NCBI GenBank assembly: GCA_042219045.1
Contig: JBDGQO010000033.1
Span: 32,001 to 96,000, forward strand
Source of the DNA: Candidatus Bipolaricaulia bacterium
Lineage (GTDB): Bacteria > Bipolaricaulota > Bipolaricaulia > RBG-16-55-9
DNA: 64,000 nt
Direction: 5' to 3'
The number at the start of each line of letters is the position of its first letter. Position 1 is the stretch's first letter. Both the position numbers and the translations under genes were made by a program. Positions 8,369 to 16,103 of the stretch are shown in pieces. A model generated the notes under the pieces. It made no database searches. It was not told the DNA's origin and worked only from the letters and a program-made list of their open reading frames with translations.

Positions 8369-10569
8369 ACCGACGGCACATGTCGACTTGTCAGGTCATT
8401 GCCATCGCGACGATCGCGCTAGTGGTGGGCGCCTCGTCGCTCGGAATGGCGCAGAGTTCGGACGTTGACCAGATTGATCTGCCGCCGACGCACCGAGCGA
8501 CGCTCGACAACGGCCTCAAGGTGCTGGTGCTGGAACAGCACAACCTGCCGATCGTGCAGTTCAACCTCCGCGTCGGCGCGGGCGGCTCCGCCCGCGATCC
8601 GGACGGGAAATCCGGACTGGCGTCGTTCACAGCACAGATGCTCACCGAAGGAACAGAGAACCGCAGCGGCGACGAGATCGCCCAGCAGATCGACTTCGTC
8701 GGCGGGCAGCTGGGCGCCAGCGCCTCGTCGGACCATGCCACGGTCAACGCGCGCGTGTTGCGCGACGACTTCGAGGTCGGGTTGAATCTCTTGGCCGACG
8801 TCGCCATTGACGCGACGTTTCCCGAGTCGAACATGTCGACGGTTCGGCGACAGCTGGTCGGCAACGTCAAGTCGGCCCAAGACGATCCCGGTTCGCTCGT
8901 CGACCGCCGCTTCCGCAACATGCTCTTTGGGGGCGATCATCCGTTAGGCCGAGCATCGACGGAGAGCTCGATCAACGCCATCTCGCGGAGCGATCTCGTC
9001 AAGTTCCACAAGACCCACTACCGCCCGAACGTGTCCACGCTCGTCATCGCTGGCGACGTGACGCCCTCGGCCATCATGCCCAAGGTGCGCGAGGCGTTCG
9101 GTTCCTGGCAGCGGGCGTCGGTGCCCGAGCTGGATCTGGAATCGCCCTCGACGCCCAAGTCGAACGACGCGCTCTTTGTCCACAAGCCGGGTCAGACCCA
9201 AGTCCAGATCAGGCTTGGCGAGCCTGGGCTGGCCGTGTCGAGCGACGACTACCTCGCCATGCAGATCGCCAACTACGTCCTCGGAGGTGGGGCGTTCTCG
9301 TCTCGGCTGTTGCAGGTCGTGCGCTCCGAGGCCGGCCAGACGTACGCGATCAGCAGCCAGTACGCGTCGTACGAGTTCCCCGGCTACTTCCAAGTGAGCA
9401 CGTTTACGCGCAACAACCAGCTCAAAGACACCCTCCAGCTGGTCATGGACGAACTTTCCAAGTTCCGCTCCGAGGGATTGACGGAAGATGAGCTCGACGC
9501 CGCCAAGGACCACATCGCCGGCAGCTACGTGCTCGGCCTGGAGACGCTGTCGGGTCTAGCCAACGAGGTGCAGAACGCGATTGCTTACGATCGCGGCCTC
9601 GACTGGATCCGGAATTACAAGCGCACGATCCGTTCATTCACGCTGGAGGAGATCAATCAGACGATTCCGAAGCATCTCCACCCGAGCAGCCTCCAGATGG
9701 CTTTGCTCGGTGACTTCAAGACGCTAGCCCAACTCAACAAACGGACGGATCAACTGGTCGAGGGCGTGGCGCTCAGTGATGTCAACGTCGTGGAGTGGAC
9801 CCAGCCGTTGGGTGCCGAGCCGATGAGCTTTACGGCGTACAACGACCAGCGCCAGCAGGCGCAACAGCCGCTGACGCTGGAGTGGAACGCCGACGTCGGC
9901 GAGGACGCGCGGTCCGTGTTGGAAAACGTCATCAAGGCCGAAGGCGGCGCCGACGCGCTGGAGTCGCTCACGTCGTATCATGCCGTCGGCCAAGGCATCG
10001 TACGCCAACGGGGCCAGACGATGAGCGCCCAGATCGAGACCTGGGTTGATCCTCCCTTGAAAGTCCGCCAGCGGACGACGATCTCGCGCGGCGATCAAGC
10101 GATTGCCGTGGATTATCTGTGGAACGGCGAACAGGGTTGGGTCGGCCAAGGCCAAAACTGGCGAGACATGCCGGCCGATCTGACGCGCGAGATGAAGGTC
10201 GGCATGGTGTTCGATCCGGTCTTTGCGCCGCTGTTCATCAGCCGTGAGGGCTATCAGTTCACCCACAAGGGACAGGTCGAAATCGGAGATAGGAAGGCGG
10301 ATGTGATCCAGGTGACGACGCCGGAGGGCCAATCGGGCAAGCTCTACTACGACACCGAAGCCCATCTCTTGCGCCGCTTGGAGCGTCCGGAGAAAGCCGG
10401 GCAGACCCGGACGACGTATTACCGCGATTATCGCAAGGTGAACGGCTACATGGTCCCGTTCTTCCGCGAGACCGTCGTGGCCGGTCAGACGATCAGCCGC
10501 GTCCAGCTCCAGACCGTGGAGATCAATCAGGAGCTGGACCCCTCGCTCTTCCAGAACCCCACAAACTGA
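8365..10569 (+). CDS. M16 family peptidase, non-catalytic subunit, with signal peptide and extra C-terminal domain
   Basis: TLDNGL, lacks HxxEH (FTAQM), LGGGAFSSRLLQVVR...Y; ATGA overlap with upstream gene. Confidence 0.88.
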   Translation: MNRRHMSTCQVIAIATIALVVGASSLGMAQSSDVDQIDLPPTHRATLDNGLKVLVLEQHNLPIVQFNLRVGAGGSARDPDGKSGLASFTAQMLTEGTENRSGDEIAQQIDFVGGQLGASASSDHATVNARVLRDDFEVGLNLLADVAIDATFPESNMSTVRRQLVGNVKSAQDDPGSLVDRRFRNMLFGGDHPLGRASTESSINAISRSDLVKFHKTHYRPNVSTLVIAGDVTPSAIMPKVREAFGSWQRASVPELDLESPSTPKSNDALFVHKPGQTQVQIRLGEPGLAVSSDDYLAMQIANYVLGGGAFSSRLLQVVRSEAGQTYAISSQYASYEFPGYFQVSTFTRNNQLKDTLQLVMDELSKFRSEGLTEDELDAAKDHIAGSYVLGLETLSGLANEVQNAIAYDRGLDWIRNYKRTIRSFTLEEINQTIPKHLHPSSLQMALLGDFKTLAQLNKRTDQLVEGVALSDVNVVEWTQPLGAEPMSFTAYNDQRQQAQQPLTLEWNADVGEDARSVLENVIKAEGGADALESLTSYHAVGQGIVRQRGQTMSAQIETWVDPPLKVRQRTTISRGDQAIAVDYLWNGEQGWVGQGQNWRDMPADLTREMKVGMVFDPVFAPLFISREGYQFTHKGQVEIGDRKADVIQVTTPEGQSGKLYYDTEAHLLRRLERPEKAGQTRTTYYRDYRKVNGYMVPFFRETVVAGQTISRVQLQTVEINQELDPSLFQNPTN

Positions 10570-10606
10570 CGCGGCGTACTACGCGTCGCAATCGAGCGAA
10601 TCGCGA

Positions 10607-10635
10607 CAAGGGGCGGCCCCCATGGCCGCCCCTTG
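10607..10635. terminator. GC-rich hairpin after the M16 operon
   Basis: CAAGGGGCGGCC-5 nt-GGCCGCCCCTTG perfect 12-bp stem; no clear U-tract. Confidence 0.5.
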
Positions 10636-10729
10636 GTCATGCACGTCGTGCCGACGGTTGACGCGTTCCCCCGTCGTCGGGCTATGATTGGGCAACCGTC
10701 GCAAGTCGAATCCCAAAGGGCAGGGGGGA

Positions 10730-11755
10730 ATGGACGTGATGCGCTCTCCGACGTTGACACGCTGGCTCCGCCGAACGTTGGTGGTGCTGGTTGGATTGGC
10801 GATAGTGGGCGCGGCGTGGAGCGGCAACGCTCAAGCGCCGTCGCTGGAGCTAGAGCAGTCGCTCGATCCCGCCAGCATCGCCGTTCGCGGAGAGGGCGAT
10901 ACCGACACGGCCTCCATGACGCTTACGATCCGGGCTCCCGAAGCCAACAGCTCGTCGCTGGATGTGGTCTTAGCGCTCGATCGGTCGGCCAGCGTTGACC
11001 TCAGCCGCGTGCAGCACGTCGCCCTCGCCGTCGTTGATCACTTGGCGCCCGGCGACCAGGCGGGCGTCGTGTCGTTCGCGAACCGCGCTGGCGTTGATCA
11101 AGCGCTGACCGACGACCGAACGTCGGTTCGCAACGCCATCCGTGGGCTCGAATCGGATGCACTGACGGCGCTCGGCGACGGCCTGCGACTGGCCATCGAC
11201 GAGCTGACGTCCAATGGGCGTTCCGACGCGCAGCCGCTGGTCGTGTTGCTCACCGACGGCGTCAATTTGACCGGCCGTTCCGCGCTTCCCGAGGCGGCTC
11301 GGGCCGCTAAGCACGACATCCCCGTCATGGCAATCGGCGCGGCGGATTCGCTGCGAACACGCATCATGCACAACGTTGCGCGTCGGGCCAACGGCGTCTT
11401 CTACGAGCGCTTCAGCACGGACGTCTTGGAGTCCGTCTTCCGTCGCGTCGATCGGCCGGTGGTGGCCCGCTCGCTCCAACTGCGGGACGCGATCGCGAGT
11501 AAGCTCAACTACGTCGGAGCCGAGGAGAACCCGCCATCGGTGCTGCCGGGCGACGCCGTGACCCAGTTGGAATGGCATACGCCGACCATGTTTGCCGGCG
11601 AGGTCTGGACGACGACGTATCGCCTCAGCGGCGATGAAGCGGGCACATATCGGCTGCACCGTCGACCGTCCGGGCTGAGCTATCGTCACCCATCCGGCAA
11701 CGAGGTCGATGTGGCGTTTCCCAAGCGCCCCCAATTGACGGTCGAGCAGCCCTGA
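10730..11755 (+). CDS. Secreted von Willebrand factor A domain protein
   Basis: Signal peptide, MIDAS DRSAS, TALGDGL, LLTDG. Confidence 0.88.
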   Translation: MDVMRSPTLTRWLRRTLVVLVGLAIVGAAWSGNAQAPSLELEQSLDPASIAVRGEGDTDTASMTLTIRAPEANSSSLDVVLALDRSASVDLSRVQHVALAVVDHLAPGDQAGVVSFANRAGVDQALTDDRTSVRNAIRGLESDALTALGDGLRLAIDELTSNGRSDAQPLVVLLTDGVNLTGRSALPEAARAAKHDIPVMAIGAADSLRTRIMHNVARRANGVFYERFSTDVLESVFRRVDRPVVARSLQLRDAIASKLNYVGAEENPPSVLPGDAVTQLEWHTPTMFAGEVWTTTYRLSGDEAGTYRLHRRPSGLSYRHPSGNEVDVAFPKRPQLTVEQP

Positions 11756-11778
11756 GCGGTCACGTCGAGGTCGAGCGC

Positions 11779-12117
11779 ATGAACACGGACCGCTTTGCCG
11801 ACTACCAGCGCGAGTCACGCAAGACTTGGAACGAGATCCGCATGGATCATCCGATCGTCTATCCGACGATGGGACTGGTCAACGAAGCGGGCGAGCTCGC
11901 AGGCAAGGTCAAAAAGCTATTTCGCGACAAAGACGGGCACATCGACGACGAGGATCGCGAAGCGCTCAAGGGCGAGCTCGGCGACTGCCTCTGGTATCTC
12001 ACCCAAGTCTGCACGGAGCTTGAGCTCTCGCTTGACGAGGTGGCGGGCACCAACCTCGACAAGCTCTTCTCCCGTTTGGAGCGCGGAAAGATCGGCGGCG
12101 AAGGCGACGACCGCTGA
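11779..12117 (+). CDS. MazG-like nucleoside triphosphate pyrophosphohydrolase
   Basis: GLVNEAGE...VKK...ELGDCLWY...N.DKL.SR..RG. Confidence 0.88.
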   Translation: MNTDRFADYQRESRKTWNEIRMDHPIVYPTMGLVNEAGELAGKVKKLFRDKDGHIDDEDREALKGELGDCLWYLTQVCTELELSLDEVAGTNLDKLFSRLERGKIGGEGDDR

Positions 12118-12132
12118 GCTTGTCATCGGCTG

Positions 12133-12789
12133 ATGATCGACGTCGACCTCGCGCTGCGCCGTGTCGAAGGGGCCGTCGAAGCCTATCCGAAGGCGGGTCT
12201 ATTCGAACTGGCTGAGGAGGGATTCCGATCCCCGTTTGAGATCCTCACTGCCTGCATGATCTCCATCCGCACCAAGGACGAAACGCTTATGCCGATCGCT
12301 CGTCGCCTGTTTGGACAAGCTCGGTCGCCGACCGAGATGGCTGATCTATCGGTGGCGACGATCGGCGAGTTGATCCAAGGGTGCGCGTTTGCGGCGCGCA
12401 AGGCCGAGCAGATCCATGACATCGCAAGGTTTTTGAGTGAGCACTATCGCGGCGAGCTGCCGTGCAGTCGTGATCTGATGCTGTCGTTCAAGGGTGTTGG
12501 GCCGAAGTGTGCGAATCTCGCGCTCGGCATCGCCTGCGGCGAGCCCCCCTCGATCCCCGTTGACGTCCACGTCCATCGGATCGTCAACCGCTGGGGCTAC
12601 GTCGACACGTCATCGCCGGAGCGGACAATGGCGGAACTGGAGGCCAAGCTTCCGCGCGAGCATTGGCTGGCCATCAATCGGCTCTTGGTGCCCTTCGGCA
12701 AGCACGTCTGCACGAGCCAGCGCCCGCGCTGCTCAGATTGCCCGTTGGCGGCCATGTGCCCGCAGATCGGCGTGGAGCGCCCGGCTTAG
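12133..12789 (+). CDS. nth: Endonuclease III
   Basis: HhH KGVGPKCA, VDVHVHR, C-x6-C-x2-C-x5-C Fe-S motif. Confidence 0.92.
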   Translation: MIDVDLALRRVEGAVEAYPKAGLFELAEEGFRSPFEILTACMISIRTKDETLMPIARRLFGQARSPTEMADLSVATIGELIQGCAFAARKAEQIHDIARFLSEHYRGELPCSRDLMLSFKGVGPKCANLALGIACGEPPSIPVDVHVHRIVNRWGYVDTSSPERTMAELEAKLPREHWLAINRLLVPFGKHVCTSQRPRCSDCPLAAMCPQIGVERPA

Positions 12790-13586
12790 GTTCGACCCAC
12801 CAGACGATGCGCGACCGCCAGGACGAGGCGTTGCGGGGCCCGACGGGCGAGGAACGCGCCGAGCTTGTTTTTCCAACCGGGCACGACCACCCGCTTGCCG
12901 TTCATGAGGCCGCGGTAACCGGCGTCCACGACCGGGTCGACGTCCATGACCAGCTGCCGATGCGTTAGCCCGGAACGCTCCATGGAAGCACGCTCCAAAA
13001 ACGGCGTGGACGTCGGCCCTGGGCAGAGGGCCGTGACGCTCACGCCGTGCGGACGCAGTTCGGCGTGGAGCGCTTCCGACAGCGACAGAACGTAGGCCTT
13101 GGTGGCGAAGTAGACCGCCATGCTCGGCCCGGGCTGGAACGCCGCCGTGGAGGCGACGTTGAGGATGCGTCCCTGCTCGCGGTCGATCATCGACGGCAAC
13201 AGCCGATGGGTCAGTTCGGTCAGCGCGTGGACGTGGACCTGAATCATCTCCAGTTGTGCCGTCAAGTCGGTCTCGAGGAACGGCCCGTAGGTGCCGAAGC
13301 CGGCATTGTTGACCAGCACGTCGACGTTCACGTTCGTGATCGTCAGGTGGTGCAGAAGCGTCTCGACCGCTGAGGGCTCGGCCAGGTCTTGGGGGCAGTC
13401 GGAGACGGGAACGCCGTAGGTCGACTCCAGGTCGCGTCGGAGGTTGGCCAACCGGGTCTCGTTGCGCGCCACGACGGCCAGCTCGAAGCCGTCCTGGGCG
13501 AAGCGCTCGGCGAGCCCGCGGCCGATGCCGCTGGTCGCCCCCGTGATCAGAGCCGTGGGTCGCTGCGTCTGTCCGGAATCGCTCAT
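12786..13586 (-). CDS. Short-chain dehydrogenase/reductase
   Basis: TGATSGIG, NNAG, YFATK. Confidence 0.93.
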   Translation of the reverse strand: MSDSGQTQRPTALITGATSGIGRGLAERFAQDGFELAVVARNETRLANLRRDLESTYGVPVSDCPQDLAEPSAVETLLHHLTITNVNVDVLVNNAGFGTYGPFLETDLTAQLEMIQVHVHALTELTHRLLPSMIDREQGRILNVASTAAFQPGPSMAVYFATKAYVLSLSEALHAELRPHGVSVTALCPGPTSTPFLERASMERSGLTHRQLVMDVDPVVDAGYRGLMNGKRVVVPGWKNKLGAFLARRAPQRLVLAVAHRLVGRT

Positions 13587-13639
13587 GCGCAGGCGCCATC
13601 CACCTCAACGGTAGGTAGCCTAGTCGACAGGCGCACGGA

Positions 13640-13894
13640 TCACAAGTCGGCGCGTTCGCGCAGCGCTTCGACAAAGAGCATCTCGTTCACCGTCAGGGAT
13701 TCGCCCGATTCGAGCTTGGGGGGCAACGCCCGGAGGTCGATCAGGCGCCAGTAGCGGCCGCGATGCCGAAAGCGGCACCGGCGTTTTGCGACGAACGCCC
13801 GGCAGCGTTCACAGTAATACGCTCGGCCCGCCGCATCGGCGCGCTCCAGTTGAGCCCGAAGATGGGCGGCGAGGTCGATGGATCGCTTGGCCAT
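13640..13894 (-). CDS. Small basic hypothetical protein with putative Zn-binding motif
   Basis: 84 aa filling the gap between SDR and VKOR; C-x2-C-x8-C-x3-H. Confidence 0.55.
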   Translation of the reverse strand: MAKRSIDLAAHLRAQLERADAAGRAYYCERCRAFVAKRRCRFRHRGRYWRLIDLRALPPKLESGESLTVNEMLFVEALRERADL

Positions 13895-13962
13895 GGCCGG
13901 GTTATCCCGACCCACATTGACCCATAGCGTGGAGCCATGCAAGGGATCATAACGGTGGGGTG

Positions 13963-14406
13963 TCACCTTGCCGTTTGCGCGCGCATGTCCCGCAGCACCC
14001 ATACCGACAACAGCCAGGTGAGCAAGCCGATGACGGCGGAGGTAAGACACCAGGAGCAGAGCGCGTGGATGACGTAGAATTCCAGATACGTCAGATAGAC
14101 GGCGAAGACGACGCCGGCCTGCGCGATCCCGAACACGGCCAGCTGGCAATAGCTCGCCACCGGCGGATTGGTGCGGAGACTGGCCAGTTGCAGCGCCAAA
14201 ATGCCCACATGCGATGCCAGTCCAATGGCGGAAAGGGGGACGCCGAAAATTTCCGAATAGACAGAATTGTCGACAGTTTGGCAGCCCGACCCCGTGAAGC
14301 AGACGATCGGCGCCACGAAGTGCTCGAACAGCAAGTAAGCGGAGACGCCGATGCCCAGCAGGGCGAGCATCATGATTCCAGCCCGCAGGAGAAGATCACG
14401 GTCCAT
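13963..14406 (-). CDS. Vitamin K epoxide reductase (VKOR) family protein
   Basis: C-x5-C loop, SVYSEIFGVP, CSWC active site, 4 TMs. Confidence 0.92.
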   Translation of the reverse strand: MDRDLLLRAGIMMLALLGIGVSAYLLFEHFVAPIVCFTGSGCQTVDNSVYSEIFGVPLSAIGLASHVGILALQLASLRTNPPVASYCQLAVFGIAQAGVVFAVYLTYLEFYVIHALCSWCLTSAVIGLLTWLLSVWVLRDMRAQTAR

Positions 14407-14417
14407 GATGGATCAGG

Positions 14418-15410
14418 TCACGGGCTTGACGAAGCCCGCTCCAGTTCCTCCTTGATGATCTCCTCGAACGCCGAGAACGGCTGGGCCCCGATCAGGAGCC
14501 GCCCGTTGATAAAGAACGTCGGCGTGCCGATCTGCTCCGCTCGTTGCTGGTCCTGTTTCGGAAGGTCGTTGATCAACGCCGAGAGGGATTCGCGGTCGTC
14601 CATCACCGACGCGAACTTCGGGTCCTCGTTCAAGCAGTCGACATAGGCGGCGTTGCAGGCGTCGGCGTCGCTTGTGTCTCCCGACTGGCAGGCTTGAAAT
14701 TCCTGCTCGCATTGCGAGGCAAGCGACGCATAGCGATCCAAACAGCGATTGAACACCCGCATGTCGAGCTCGATATTGGCGGCCAGTTCCTTCAGGTCAT
14801 TCGTCTCCAGGTGCTGCGAGTCGGATACGTTCTGCTCGGGAAATATGCGCTTGAACAGCGCATCGGCGTAGGTCCAGAACGCGTCCTGGGCGTGGGCGCA
14901 CTCCGCGGCCACGGCCGACTCGATTGAAGCCATGCCGTGGACCGTCAAATTCCGGAAGACGTAGCGGACTTTGTCCGTCTCAATGTAGGTCTTTTCCAGC
15001 TTAGGAAACGTCTCCCACATGAATTCCGCACAGTAGGGGCAATAGAACTCGCCGAACTCGATGATCGTCACGGGGGCATTGGAATCGCCTAGCGTCGGGT
15101 CCGCTGACGCCACTGGCTCAGGAGGCGTTGGTGTCTCGTTCGCGGTTGTCGATGGAGGAGACGATTCGTCAGACGATGTCGACTTATCCGTGCCTCCCGC
15201 TTTCTTGGTCTCATCGGCCGAACGTTCGGGCGTGTCAGGCATATCCGGTTTGGGGGACTCCACGACTTGATCAGCCGAGTCCGGTCCCCGAGCCAAGTGG
15301 GCTGACCACTGGCTCAAGCCGATCAGCAGCCCCGCAGCCACAGCCGCCAGAATGGCTGCAAGGGCGATCATCGAACGGGATGGTGCCATGTCGCTCCGCG
15401 GTTCCGGCAT
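14418..15410 (-). CDS. DsbA/thioredoxin-fold protein, membrane anchored
   Basis: LGDSNAPVTIIEF, CPYC, GTPTFFING, GAQPF. Confidence 0.9.
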   Translation of the reverse strand: MPEPRSDMAPSRSMIALAAILAAVAAGLLIGLSQWSAHLARGPDSADQVVESPKPDMPDTPERSADETKKAGGTDKSTSSDESSPPSTTANETPTPPEPVASADPTLGDSNAPVTIIEFGEFYCPYCAEFMWETFPKLEKTYIETDKVRYVFRNLTVHGMASIESAVAAECAHAQDAFWTYADALFKRIFPEQNVSDSQHLETNDLKELAANIELDMRVFNRCLDRYASLASQCEQEFQACQSGDTSDADACNAAYVDCLNEDPKFASVMDDRESLSALINDLPKQDQQRAEQIGTPTFFINGRLLIGAQPFSAFEEIIKEELERASSSP

Positions 15411-15469
15411 TGCGTTCGTTCTTGACCCTAAGGTCTTTTATAGGGGTGGTACCCGCCCGATGGAATGAC

Positions 15470-16084
15470 TCAGCTCAGGCGCTCGCCCGCTTCGACCTCA
15501 AGCGGCAAGGTGTTCTCCGGCGGCGCAAGCGGGCATACCCAGTCGCGGCTGTAGGCGCATGAGGGATGATAGGCAAAGTTGAAGTCGAGGACGAGCGAGT
15601 CGGCGTCCCCGCCGAGATCGGCACCCTTAATCGTGTCGAGGAGATAGCGTCCGCCTCCGTAGGTCGTCCGTCCATTGGTGTGATCCTTGAAGGGCAGAAA
15701 AAGCCCGCCGCCATAGCCGGCAATCCAGAACAACCCCAGCTGGGCTTCATGGTGTCCAATGGGCACACTGACCTTGCCGATGCGCGTCAGCCGGAGCATC
15801 CCCTCCGGAAGCTCGATATCACGGGTCTCGCCATCGGCGGGCTCGATGACGAGTCCGGTCATCCGCCAGTTCGGGTCGTAGGGATAATAGGGAAGGCCCG
15901 CGAACGGTTGGGGTAGCTCAGCCGTCAACGGCGAACTCGGGTGGTCTCGGACCAGGCGGTCGCGCTGCTCGCGGAAATGCCGCCATGCCCGTTCGGGATC
16001 TTGGGCGGCGATCGAACGGACTTCGGCGTAGAGATCCGCTATGGCGCGACGCCAGTCAGCCAAGTTGAGGCCCGCAGATGGCAT
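15470..16084 (-). CDS. DUF1684 family protein
   Basis: LFLPFKD.TNG.TTYGGGRYL, LDFNFAYHPSCAY...CPLAPPEN. Confidence 0.9.
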   Translation of the reverse strand: MPSAGLNLADWRRAIADLYAEVRSIAAQDPERAWRHFREQRDRLVRDHPSSPLTAELPQPFAGLPYYPYDPNWRMTGLVIEPADGETRDIELPEGMLRLTRIGKVSVPIGHHEAQLGLFWIAGYGGGLFLPFKDHTNGRTTYGGGRYLLDTIKGADLGGDADSLVLDFNFAYHPSCAYSRDWVCPLAPPENTLPLEVEAGERLS

Positions 16085-16103
16085 AACCGAGTCGCTCCCC
16101 GAG

